Shown: in pieces, positions 11,324 through 21,569 of the stretch
Position numbering within the stretch: the first letter of the stretch is position 1
Layout: each line of letters begins with the position of its first letter
From: an uncultured Acidimicrobiia bacterium
GTDB lineage: Bacteria > Actinomycetota > Acidimicrobiia > IMCC26256 > JAENVU01
Direction of reading: 5' to 3'
DNA length: 64,000 nucleotides
NCBI GenBank assembly: GCA_963819945.1
Contig: CAWFYD010000004.1
Coordinates: forward strand, 189,176 to 253,175
The notes under the pieces: generated by a model
Seen by the model: the letters and a program-made list of their open reading frames with translations, nothing else
Databases searched by the model: none
What the model was told of the DNA's origin: nothing
Made by a program: the position numbers and the translations under genes

Positions 11324-12334
11324 TCAGTCGGCGAGCAGGTCGTCGACGGCGCGGCGCAGGAAGGCGCTGCGCATGCCGCGCCCGAGACCGGCGAGCTCGA
11401 CGAGATCCTCGCGGGCGCGCGCTCGCGCCTCCGGGTTGCGTTGGCGCAAGACCCCTTGGATCACCTGGCCGTACAGCGTCGCTTCGCGCTCGGCGATGCT
11501 GCGGAACATGCGCAGGTGACGCGCTTCGATGCCGTGCTTCGCGAACCCCGCGGCGAGCTGCGCGATCGCCAGCGCGTCGTCGTCGAACAACGGGCGGTCG
11601 CCCGAGGACGCCGACGGCTGGAGCAGCCCGAAGTCCTCGAGCTCGGAGATCTCGGCATCGGTCAGACCCGAGGCGGCGGCCAGCTCGGAGCGAGTGAGGT
11701 GCCCGTCGCCGATCGGTTCGAGCGCCTCGGGCGTGCCGTCGTCGAGCGCGAGCGTCGGCATGTCGGCCGATGGCCGGGCGCCGCGCCGCGGCTTCGCGGT
11801 CGTGTGGTCTTCGCCGCGGGCTTCGAGGAACGCGTCGGCGCCTTCGCCGCGGCGGCCGCTGCGGCGGAGATCGCGTCACCACCGCTCGCGGGCGCCGGGG
11901 CGTCGTCGTCCGTCGCGTGCTTCTTGGCTGCGGCCTTCGCCGCGGCGCTCTTCGCGGTCGAGGACTTGGCGCGGCGTGGTCCTTGCCTTCGCGCCGCTGG
12001 CCTTGGTCGTGCCGGCGGGCTCCGGCACCGGCTCGGGTGCGGGTTCGGGCCCGGTGTCCTCGGGCAGCTGGTCGGGACCGGCGGCCTCGAGTCGGCTCTT
12101 GATCACCTTGAGCGGCAGGAAGTGCTCCTTCTGCTGATGCAGGATCCACCGCAGGCGGGCGATGTCCGGTTCGTAGAACTTCCGGTAGCCCGACGGGGTG
12201 CGCTCGGGGTCGATGAGCCCCTGGCTCTCCAGGAACCGGATCTTCGAGATCGTGATGTCGGGGTAGTCGTCGCGCAGGGTCGTGAGGACCTCACCGATCG
12301 AGAGGTGCTCGGAGGGGGCGCTGGTCTCGGTCAT
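11324..12334 (-). CDS. MerR-family regulator (Rv1828/FtsR-like), frameshifted
   Basis: LSIGEVLTTLRDDYPDITISKIRFLESQGLIDPERTPSGYRKF; C-terminal GIEARHLRMFRSIAERE; directly after garA. Confidence 0.9.
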
Positions 12335-12793
12335 CAAGCCTCGCCAACTCGGAAGACGAGCACGAACCGTCCGACCTGGATCTCGTCACCGTTCTTGATC
12401 ACGGACTTGTCCACCCGGTCGTGGTTCACGTAGGTGCCGTTGAGCGAGCCCACGTCCCTGATCTGGAAGTCGTCTTCCACGGCGCTCGATGACGCTGTGG
12501 CGCCGCGACACGGTGATGTCGTCCAGGAAGATCGTGGATTCGGGGTGGCGGCCGACGCTGACCGGGTCGGACTCGACCAGGTAGGTGCTGCCGGCGTTCG
12601 GGCCCCGGGCGACGATCACCAGACCCTGGCCCTCGGGCAGGTCCGCGATGGCCTCGAGCTCGGCGGTGGAGTCCCGGTCCTCGAAGGCCGCGTGGGTCAA
12701 CGTGGTCTCTTCGGCCTCGAGCAGGGCGGATCCGCACGACGAGCAGAACCTCGCCCCAGCCTCGTTGCGGTGGCCGCACCGACCGCAGATCAT
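12334..12793 (-). CDS. garA: FHA-domain protein with N-terminal zinc ribbon (GarA/OdhI-like)
   Basis: CGRCGHRN..ARFCSSCG, ETT motif, RGPNAGS, GRHPESTIFLDDITVSRRH, DVGSLNGTYVN. Confidence 0.85.
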
Positions 12794-13600
12794 GCGACCA
12801 GGCTACAACCTGAAGGGCAGGTCGAGACCCGGGCCGGGCGTGGACGGGTTCGACCCTCGACCCGAGGTCGAGGTCGAGTGTGGCGGCGAATCCGGCCACC
12901 ACTGCGGCCGCGACGAGCGCCGGCGTGGCGTCGACCCCGAGCTCGCGCAAGGTCACGCTGCGCGCTTGAAGGTCTCGGTGCGCGCGTGCGATCTCCGGCG
13001 CGGACGGCCGTTCGACGCCGCCGGGCTGCGACGCCACCAGGAGGTCCAGCTCGTCGAAGGGCAGGCGGTCGAGGAGCACCGATCCGTGCTGGAGCACCGC
13101 GCTCCCCCGCTGGACCTGCGCGGAACCGCACAGCTTCCGGTTCCCGACCCGGAGGTCCGCACCCTGAGCGGCCGCGAAGCAGACCGGGCCGGCCGGGCCG
13201 CGGTCCGAGCCGATCGCCGCGTGAACCCCGAGCTCGGCCAGACCCGCGATCAGCGCGCCGGCGAGCGTCCGGTACAGCGCGTCGACGTGGCCGGCCGCGC
13301 CCGTGGGCCGCGGCAGTCGCGACGGCGTACGTGAGGTCCGCGCCGTGCAGCAGCGCGCGACCGCCGGTTGGCCGGCGGACGACTTCGACCCCGCGTTCGC
13401 GACACGCATCCCAGTCGACGTCGGACTCGGGTTGGAAACGGCCGAGCGAGAGCGCCGGGCGCGGCCCACGTGTAGAGCCGCAACACCGGGGATCCACCGG
13501 CCGCGACGTCGTCGAGGCACGCGAGGTCCGCGGCCATCTGCCCCGCCGCGTCGCGACGTACCGCGAGATCATCGACGAGACGCCACGGCTGCGTCGCGGA
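12790..13600 (-). CDS. Lipoate-protein ligase A / octanoyltransferase family protein, frameshifted
   Basis: MAADLACL...VLRLYTW, LSLGRFQ, VVRRPTGGRALLHG, RKLCGSAQ, VLQHGS; adjacent to gcvH. Confidence 0.85.
12800..12824 (-). promoter_or_regulatory. Leaderless garA promoter (-10 TAGCCT) with adjacent dyad, a candidate MerR/FtsR operator
   Basis: CAACCTG-AAGGG-CAGGTCG (12806-12824) just upstream of the -10; ATG 6 nt downstream of the hexamer. Confidence 0.5.
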
Positions 13601-13613
13601 GACCGTCGCGGGA

Positions 13614-13994
13614 CTACTCCTCCAGGAATGCCTGGTAGCCGGCCGCGTCCATGAGCGCGTCGACCTCCGCGGGCTCGGCCAGCTCGACGACGAAGATCCA
13701 TCCGGCGCCGTACGGGTCGGTGTTCAGCTGCTCGGGCGTGTCCTCGAGGGTTCCGTTCACCTCGACCACGGTTCCGGTGACGGGCGCGTACACCTCCGAA
13801 ACCGACTTGGTGGATTCGATCTCGGCGATCGACGCGTTCGCGATCACCTGGAGCCCGGCGTCGGGCAGCTGCACGTAGACGACGTCACCGAGCGCGTCCT
13901 GCGCGTAGTCCGTGATGCCGACGACCGCACGGGTGCCTTCGACCCGCACCCATTCGTGCTCGCTCGAGTACCGCAGCTCTTCGGGGAAATTCAT
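13614..13994 (-). CDS. gcvH: Glycine cleavage H protein
   Basis: LRYSSEHEWVRV...GITDYAQDALGDVVYV...IESTKSVSEVYAPVTG...DPYGAGW. Confidence 0.97.
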   Translation of the reverse strand: MNFPEELRYSSEHEWVRVEGTRAVVGITDYAQDALGDVVYVQLPDAGLQVIANASIAEIESTKSVSEVYAPVTGTVVEVNGTLEDTPEQLNTDPYGAGWIFVVELAEPAEVDALMDAAGYQAFLEE

Positions 13995-14019
13995 CGGCCG
14001 CAGACTAGACGCCGCGCGG

Positions 14020-16506
14020 TCACACGATCTGGTTGATGCGCCGGGCGTACTCGGCCGCCAGCTGGGCGGCCTCGTGGTCGGAGCCGGCCTCGGCCCAGAC
14101 GTGCACGATCGGCTCCTCGGGGTCGGGCAGCACCAGCGCCCACCCACCCGGATGGAGGATCTTGACCCCGTCCACCAGCACCGTGTCCCGGCCCTTCGAC
14201 CGCTCCACCATCTCGCGCATGATGGCGCCCTTGCGCTCCCACGGGGTCGGCACCACCTCATGGGCGATGTGCACCGTCGGGAGCTCGCTCACGATCTCGG
14301 AGAGCTTGTGCCCCGTGACCGCCAGCAGGCCGAGCAGCTTCACGAGCGTCGCGGTGGCGTCGTAGGCCGGGAGGAAGTCGGGCCAGATGAAGCCGCTCTC
14401 CTGCGACGCCGCGAAGTCCACCCGGTCGCTCGACGCGACTTCCATCAGGTTCGACGCGGACAGCTTCGTCCAGACGATCTCGGCGCCCCGCTCGCTCGCG
14501 ATGCGCTCCGCTTCGCGGCTCACCGACACCGGGAGCGCGACGCGTGCACCGGGTCGGGCCTCGGCGACGAGCGTCAAGAGCGCGAGCAGCGTCTGCTCCG
14601 AGTTCAACGCATGGCCGGCGTCGTCGACCACCGTGCCGGTCTCACCATCCGGATCGATGACCATGCCGAGGTCGCTCCCGGATGCACGCACGAGCTCGCC
14701 GATCCGGTCGAGGCGCTCGATGCGGTCTTCCGCGCTCCCCGCGCGTGCGCGTCGCGGCGAACGGGTTGACCGCGAGGACGTCCGCGCCGATCTTGGCGAG
14801 CACCGCCGGCATGACCAACGACGACGCGCCGTACGAGTAGTCGAGCACGACCTTGAACGCCCGTTCACGCAACCGGCCCTTGTCGACGCTCGCCTCGAGC
14901 GCGGCCGTGTAGTACTCGAGCGACCGGGGCGGGAACACGATGTCGCCGATGTCCCCGGCGAACGCGCGGCGGAAGTCCTCGCGCTGCAGCAGCCGTTCGA
15001 TCTTGCGCTGGGCGGCCTCGTCGATGTCGCGGCCTTCGTTGTCCAGCATCCGGATCTCGACGCTGTTCGGGTCCCGGGGCGAGAGCCGGACGGAGATGCC
15101 GCCGTCCGTCATCGAGTTCCGCACCTGGAACCGGGTGAGCGGGACCGTGGCGAGCTCGACGTCCTCGACGTTCACCCCGGACAGGTTCAGCCCTCCGATG
15201 ATCGAGCGCTTCAGGGCCCGGGCGACCCGGCTCGTGTCGCGGCTCGTCGTGACCACCGCGCCCTTCTTGAGGGAGGTGCCGTAGGCCATCGCGAGCCGGG
15301 TCGCGACCTCGGGGGTGATGTCGACGTTGGCCAGCCCGGCCACGCCGCGCCGACCGAACAGCGTGCGCGCCCCCGGCTCTCCCAGACGATCGACGACGTG
15401 ACGACCGCGCCCGCCTCCACCGTCTTGAACGGATAGACCTTGACCCCCGGGTTGACGACCGCGCCCTCGCCGACGAAGCACTCGTCGCCCAGCACGGCAC
15501 CCTCTTCGACCGCGGCATGGGACCGCAGGTCGCAGGATCGCCCGATGACCGTGCCCCGCAACCGCACCGCCGGGCCGATGTACGCGTGCTCGTGCACGAC
15601 GGAGCGCACCACCGACGCGTCGTGCTTCATCACGACGTCGCGACCGAGCACCGTGTACTCGCGCACGTGGGCGCCGGCTTCGATCAGGCAATTGGCGCCG
15701 ATGATCGCGGGACCGTCGATCCGCGCATCCGGGTCGACCTCCGCGCCTTCGCCGAGCCACACGTCCTCGCCCAGTCGGAAACCGTCGATCTCGATGTCGA
15801 CCTTGCCCTCGAGGATGTCCTGGTGCGCCCGGAGGTACGCCTCGAGGTTGCCGACGTCCTCCCAGTACCCCTCGGCGACGTAGCCGTAGAGCGGCTTGCC
15901 GCGCTTCAGCACCGCGGGGAACACGTCGCCGGAGAAGTCGACGACCTCACCCTCGGGGATGAAGTCGAACACCTCGGGCTCGAGCACGTAGATGCCGGTG
16001 TTGATCGTGTCGGAGAACACCTGGCCCCACGTCGGCTTCTCGAGGAACCGTTCGATCGAGCCGTCCTCGTGGGTGATGACGATGCCGAACTCGACCGGGT
16101 CGTCAACCCGCTTCAGGGCGATGGAACCGGCCGCTCCGGTCGAGCGGTGCGCCTTGACGAACGCACTGAGATCGATGTCGGTGAGGACGTCGCCCGAGAT
16201 GACGAGGAACGTCTCGTCCAGCTCTTCGGCCGCGTTCCGCACCGAGCCCGCGGTACCGAGCGGCGAGTCCTCGGTGGCGTACCGCATGCGGACGCCGAAG
16301 TCGGAGCCGTCACCGAAGTACGTGCGGATGTGGTTGGCGAGGAACGCAACCGTCACGACGATGTCGTCGAAGCCGTGCGACGCGAGGAGCCGCACGATGT
16401 GCTCCATCATCGGCCGGTTCGCGACCGGCATCATCGGCTTCGGCTGGTTGCTGGTGAGGGGCCGCAGCCGCGTGCCCTCTCCCCCGGCGAGGATCACTGC
16501 CTTCAT
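14020..16506 (-). CDS. Mannose-1-phosphate guanylyltransferase / phosphomannomutase fusion, frameshifted
   Basis: MKAVILAGGEGTRLRPLT...PKPMMP, hexapeptide-repeat region, then a PGM/PMM-like domain (LFGRRGVAGLANVDITPE; DGVKI). Confidence 0.9.
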
Positions 16507-16570
16507 GGTCGCTCCACCGCTGCGTTCGGCTGTTCACCGCGGCACACCCGACCCGGCTCCGCTCGGCCCT

Positions 16571-17179
16571 TCACGACGTGGCCTCCCGGGCGGCGCGACC
16601 GTCCTGCAGCGCGGTGCGGGCCATCGGGATGTAGAGCGCCGCCGCGTAGTAGCTCAGGATGAGTCCGCCGATCGTGAAGAGCCAGGTGATGACTTCGATG
16701 ACGTCGCGTCCGGCTGACGGATCGAGCTCGGAGACGAGCACGAACAGCGGCAGCGCGAACATCAGCGCCAGCGTGCCCGCTTTTCCGACCCATTGCACAT
16801 CGATGCGCCGGGCACCGGCAGCAGCGAGCACCAGGGTGACCACGCTCAGCAGGGCTTCCCGGGCGAGGACGAGCACACCGACCCAAACCGGGACATCGCC
16901 GTAGATGAGCAGGCCGATCGCGCCGGCGATCAGCATCACCCGGTCCGAGACCGGGTCGAGGATCTTGCCGATCTCGCTGCCCTGGTCGAAGCGGCGGGCG
17001 ATGTAGCCGTCCACCCAGTCGGTGGCGCCGAGGACCGCGAACAGGATGCCGGCCTCGATCGGCTTGTCCTCGCCGAGGAGGAGCCAGAGGAACACGGGGA
17101 TGCCGGCCAGCCGGGCCAGGGAGATGGCGTTCGGGATGGTCCAGACGCCGCGGTCGTGCGCGAGGTCAGGCGCGGTCAT
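16571..17179 (-). CDS. CDP-alcohol phosphatidyltransferase (PgsA2-like)
   Basis: TIPNAISLARL...TDWVDGYIARRFDQGSEIGKILDPVSDR. Confidence 0.92.
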   Translation of the reverse strand: MTAPDLAHDRGVWTIPNAISLARLAGIPVFLWLLLGEDKPIEAGILFAVLGATDWVDGYIARRFDQGSEIGKILDPVSDRVMLIAGAIGLLIYGDVPVWVGVLVLAREALLSVVTLVLAAAGARRIDVQWVGKAGTLALMFALPLFVLVSELDPSAGRDVIEVITWLFTIGGLILSYYAAALYIPMARTALQDGRAAREATS

Positions 17180-17232
17180 GGGCCCCACAGTATGCCGACG
17201 CCGCCGGCTGGGGTGGCCGTTCGCGGCTTCGC

Positions 17233-17533
17233 TCAGAGGGCAAGCTGCACCGCGACGCGAGCCGTGATGATCGGGCGGATCCGCTCCGCGATCACCGCGA
17301 GATGGGCCGGGTGGTCCCGGTACACGAGGTAGTCGTCCACCGAGTCGAAGTCGGCCACGACCGCGTACTGGTGGTTGCCCTCGTTGATCTCGAGGTCCGG
17401 TCCGATGCGGTAGTCGCGGATCTCCGGGATCAGCCCGGGGAGCGTCGAGAGGCCTCTCGGTCATCGCCGCGATCTGCTCGGGGGTCGCGTCCTCCCGGAA
17501 CGTGAAGGTGACGACGTGGCGGACGCCGCTCAC
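17233..17533 (-). CDS. Dabb (stress-responsive A/B barrel) family protein, frameshifted
   Basis: VRHVVTFTF...IPEIRDYRIGPDL...YAVVADFDSVDDYLVYRDHPAH. Confidence 0.8.
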
Positions 17534-18276
17534 TGCAACCCCGCGTAGGTTCCGCCGTCAACCGGGATCGCGGCCCCGGTGAGGAACTTGGCTGACTCGG
17601 AGCACAGGAACGCGGCGATCGCCCCGAAGTCGTCGGCGTCGCCGAGCATGCCGGCCGGCACTCCGGCGGCGAGTGCGGCCGGGTCGGCACCCAACGACGC
17701 GATCCGCTCGGTCGCGTGGAGACCCGGCTGGAGGCTGTTGACGGTCACCCCGTCGCGGGCCACCTCCAGCGCGAGCGTCTTGAGGAACCCGGTCACGCCG
17801 GCCCGCGCAGTGTTCGAGAGGATCAACGACGGGATCGGCTGGCGGACCGCGATCGAGGTGATCGCCACGACCCGCCCCCAGTGCTGGTCCTGCATCGCCG
17901 GCACCGCGGCCTTGCACATCGCGATCGTCGAGAGGCAGTTGAGCTCGAACGCGCGGGCGTAGGCGTCGAGGTCGTCGATGCTCGTGAAGTCACCGGGCGG
18001 CGGCCCGCCGGCGTTGGCGACGAGGATGTCGATCCCGCCGAGCGCATCGGCGCCGGCCCGGGCGAAGCTCGTCGCCCCTTCCACCGTGCTGACGTCGGCG
18101 ACGAGCGGGATGCACCCCTCGCCGATCCGCGCCGCGGCGGCGTCGATCGTCTCCTGGTCGCGACCGCAGATCGCGACGTGCACGCCGTTCGCGGCCAGCG
18201 CCGCGGCGGTCGCGAATCCCAGCCCTCGTGATGCCGCGGCAACCGCGGCGCGGCGTCCGGCGATGCCCAGGTCCAT
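17530..18276 (-). CDS. SDR family oxidoreductase
   Basis: MDLGIAGRRAAVAAASRGLG, DILVANAGGPPPG, LSNTARAG, IPVDGG. Confidence 0.93.
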   Translation of the reverse strand: MDLGIAGRRAAVAAASRGLGFATAAALAANGVHVAICGRDQETIDAAAARIGEGCIPLVADVSTVEGATSFARAGADALGGIDILVANAGGPPPGDFTSIDDLDAYARAFELNCLSTIAMCKAAVPAMQDQHWGRVVAITSIAVRQPIPSLILSNTARAGVTGFLKTLALEVARDGVTVNSLQPGLHATERIASLGADPAALAAGVPAGMLGDADDFGAIAAFLCSESAKFLTGAAIPVDGGTYAGLQ

Positions 18277-18301
18277 CTGGATTCCTCTCGGTTCCGTCGG
18301 G

Positions 18302-19127
18302 TCAGGCGTGGATCGGGCCGTCGCCGTCGCGCAGCGACGCGACGCCCGTGCGGCCGGTGCGCACCGCGATGATCTCCGCGCAGATCGCGATCGCGGCTTC
18401 TTCGGGCGTGCGAGAGCCGATGTCGAGACCGATCGGCGCCATGACGCGGGCGAGGCCCTCGTCGTCCACGCCGGCCTCACGCAGCCGCTCGACGCGCGCC
18501 GCGTGCGTCCGCCGCGAGCCCATCGCGCCGAGGTAACCGACCTCGGTGTCGAGCGCGGTGACGATCGCGGGGATGTCGAACTTCACGTCGTGGGTGAGCA
18601 CGCAGACTGCATCGCGCGGCCCGAGGGCGGGCTCGACGTTCTGGAGATGCCGATCGGGCCAGTCGTTGGCGACCTCGTCGGCCATCGGGAACCGGGCCAC
18701 GGTCGCGAAGACGGTGCCGCGCGTCGCAGACCGTCACGCGGTACCCGAGGAGCTTGCCGGCCTTGGCCAGGGCCCCGGTGAAGTCGACCGCGCCGAAGAT
18801 GATCAGGCGGGGCGGCGGCGCGAAGGACTCGATGAAGACCCGGACGGTCTCCTCCCGCGCCTCGCCGCGCGGGCCGTAGCGGCGGGTCGACGTGAGCCCG
18901 GCGTCCAGCTCGGCCTGCGCGTCACGGGCCACGACCCGGTCCAGGTCCTCGTTGCCGAGCGTCCCGAGCGGCGGTTGGCCCGGCCGGACGAGCAGCTTGG
19001 CCCCGGCTCCCGGCCCCTCGACGACCGTCGCGAGCGCGGCGGGTCGCTCGGCGCGCAGCGTCTCGCCGAGCGCGTCGAAGATCGGCGTGCCGCGGGCGCT
19101 CGCGGCTCCTCCCGTGGCGCCGCTCAC
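18302..19127 (-). CDS. XdhC/CoxI family molybdenum-hydroxylase accessory protein (main part), frameshifted
   Basis: VFIESFAPPPRLIIFGAVDF, VLTHDVKFD, YLGAMGSRRT, PIGLDIGSRTPEEAAIAI. Confidence 0.88.
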
Positions 19128-19477
19128 CAGTCGAGTGGCTCCACGAAGAGGTGGACGGTCCCGCCGCAGGTGAGCCCGACCGCGAACGCCTCGTCGTCGG
19201 AGTACCCGAAGCTCACGATGCCGCGTGGCTTCTCCCCCGCGAGCACGGCAAGCGCTTCGGTGACGACGGCTCCCTCGACACATCCGCCCGACACCGAGCC
19301 CGCCACTTCGCCCGCGTCGTTCACCACCATCGTGGCGCCCGGATCGCGCGGTCCCGAGCCGTCGACCCCCACGACCCGCGCGATCGCGACGCGGTGGCCG
19401 TCGGCGCGCCAGCGCTCGATGTCGTCCAGCACCTCTTTCATCGGGCGAGCCTCCTTCACCGGCAGCACCTCCTTCAT
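19124..19477 (-). CDS. XdhC/CoxI N-terminal domain protein
   Basis: GSGPRDPGATM...GSVSGGCVEG...AFAVGLTCGGT. Confidence 0.88.
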   Translation of the reverse strand: MKEVLPVKEARPMKEVLDDIERWRADGHRVAIARVVGVDGSGPRDPGATMVVNDAGEVAGSVSGGCVEGAVVTEALAVLAGEKPRGIVSFGYSDDEAFAVGLTCGGTVHLFVEPLDW

Positions 19478-19486
19478 CGGGCGAGC
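19427..19486. repeat. 24-bp direct repeat with 36-bp period spanning the coxE stop and xdhC start
   Basis: CAGCACCTCTTTCATCGGGCGAGC (19427-19450) versus CAGCACCTCCTTCATCGGGCGAGC (19463-19486). Confidence 0.85.
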
Positions 19487-20655
19487 ACCGCGGCGAGCTC
19501 TTCGAGGGACGCCAGCGAGTGACCTTCCACGAACTCGTCAACGAACGGCAGCGCGGCCGCCATTCCCGCGGCGAGCGGCGCGTAGCCCGGGCTCGCCTTC
19601 AGCGGGTTGACCCAGACGATCCGGTACGCCACCCGGTGCAACCGTTCCATCTGCTCGGCGAGGGCACCGGGATCGCCGCGCTCCCACCCGTCCGAGATGA
19701 TCACGACGGTGGCCCCGCGGCGAGGCCCCGGATCCCCCACTCGTCGTTGAAGGCCCGCACTCCTTCGCCCAGGCGCGTCCCTCCGGACCAGTCGGGGACC
19801 GACCGGGCCGCCGCGGCGAGCGCGACGTCCGGATCCCGGCTCGAGAGCTCACGGGTGATGCGGGTGAGGCGGGTGCCCATCGCGAACGCCTCGACTCCCC
19901 CGCGCGCGATCACGACGGTGTGCAGGAACCGCACGAGCGCGCGGGCGTACGGCTCCATCGAGCCACTGACGTCGCACAGGAACACCAGCCGGCGCGGTCG
20001 CAGCGACGGCTCGGTGAACGCCCGGCGGATCGGCTCGCCGCCGGTGCGCAGCGAGCGGCGCACGGTGCGCCGCAGGTCCGGTCGACCGCGGTCGCGGCGC
20101 GAACGCCGCGCCCGCCGCGAGTGCCGCAACGCGCCGACGAAGCGCAGGTCGCTCATCAGCCGGCGCGCCTCCTCGTGCTCGGCCGGGCTGTAGGTCGCGA
20201 AGTCGCGGTGACGCAGCACCTCGGCCGGGCTGTAGCGAACCTGCAGGACAGGAACGTCGGGCTCGAGCTCCGACTCCGGGTCGGCAGTCGCGGTCGCCGC
20301 CCGGCAGGTCGTACGCGACGACGACCTCTTCGACCCCCACCGCCGCGTGCAGCCCGGCGGGCGAGACGAGCGTCCCGAACAGGGCGTCGAAGCCGCGGTC
20401 GTAGTCGTCGATGTCCTCGGGTCGCCGCACGAGCGTCGCCCGGCCCGCCCAGTACGCGCCGTCCCGATCGGCCGGCCCGACCGCGGCCAGGGCCCGGGCG
20501 AAGAGCAACGTCGAGGCGGGGGCGACGTCGAGTCCCGCCGCGCGCAACGTCCGCGCGAACGCGACCGCGATCCGGTCCCCCTCCCCCGTTCTCGGCACGC
20601 TGGAGGGGCCCTGAACCCCTTCAGCGTGCCGAGAAGGAGCCGCGTGGTCAGGCAC
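19474..20655 (-). CDS. CoxE-like VWA domain protein, frameshifted
   Basis: LVFLCDVSGSMEPYAR (MIDAS), WSGGTRLG, VIISDGWERGDP, IVWVNP. Confidence 0.9.
20589..20635. repeat. 20-bp-arm palindrome (REP-like) in the 5' part of coxE
   Basis: TTCTCGGCACGCTGGAGGGG-CCCTGAA-CCCCTTCAGCGTGCCGAGAA, with one G-T pair. Confidence 0.85.
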
Positions 20656-21536
20656 TCCGGGCCACCGCGGTCTCGACGATCTCGCCGACGCCGTGAGCGC
20701 GCACCCGGGCCAGGTCCTCGCGGTACTTGAGGATCGTGCCGAGCGTCGAGAGCACGGAACGCTCGTCGAGGTGCGCCTGCCCGAGGCGGGCGAGCGCGCT
20801 GGCCCAGTCGATCGTCTCGGCGACGCCCGGCGGCTTGTACAGCTCGAGGCCGCGCAGCACCTCGACCGCGGCGGCAACTTCGCGGGCGAGCGCGTCGCTC
20901 ACCTCGGGCGCCTTCAGGCGGACGATCGCCAGCTCGCGTTCGAAGTCCGGGTGGTCGATCCAGTGGTAGAGGCACCGGCGCTTCAGCGCGTCGTGCACGT
21001 CGCGGCGTGCGGTTCGACGTGAGGATGACGATCGGCGGCACCTCGGCGCGCAGCTCGCCGAGCTCGGGCACCGTCACCGAGTAGTCCGACAGGATCTCGA
21101 GCAGGAACGCCTCGAACTCGTCGTCGGCGCGGTCGACCTCGTCGACGAGGAGCACCGGCGGGATCGGGCCGTGATGGTCGATCGCCCGCAGCAGCGGACG
21201 GCGCACGAGGAAGCGCTCCGAGTAGAGCTCGTCCTCGACCACCTCCCCGCCACTCGCCTCGACGGCGCGGAGGTGCAGCAGCTGGCGGGAGTAGTCCCAC
21301 TCGTAGACGGCCTGCGCGGCGTCGATGCCCTCGTAGCACTGGAGGCGCACCAGCTCGCCGCCGGTCCAGCGGGCCAGCACCTTCGCGACCTCGGTCTTGC
21401 CGACCCCGGCCTCCCCTTCGAGCAGGAGGGGACGCTGCAGCGAGAGCGCGAGGAAGATGGAGGTGGCCAGGCCCTCGTCGGGCAGGTAGCCGTGCTCCTC
21501 GAGTGCGCCGCGCACCTCGTCGACCGTGGTGACCAT
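20648..21536 (-). CDS. MoxR-family AAA+ ATPase (CoxD-like), frameshifted
   Basis: PLLLEGEAGVGKT, RLQCYEG, VDEVDRADDEFEAFLLE, HDALKRRC. Confidence 0.93.
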
Positions 21537-21569
21537 CAGCCGAATCGTACCGGCGGGAGTCGGCCGGCA

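Noticed and set aside
16571-17533. Dabb-PgsA fusion ORF
   Set aside because: Dabb has its own stop near 17233 after indel correction, and pgsA has its own ATG at 17179
18302-21536. Aerobic CO dehydrogenase locus
   Set aside because: Only accessory genes are present; no coxL/M/S in the window
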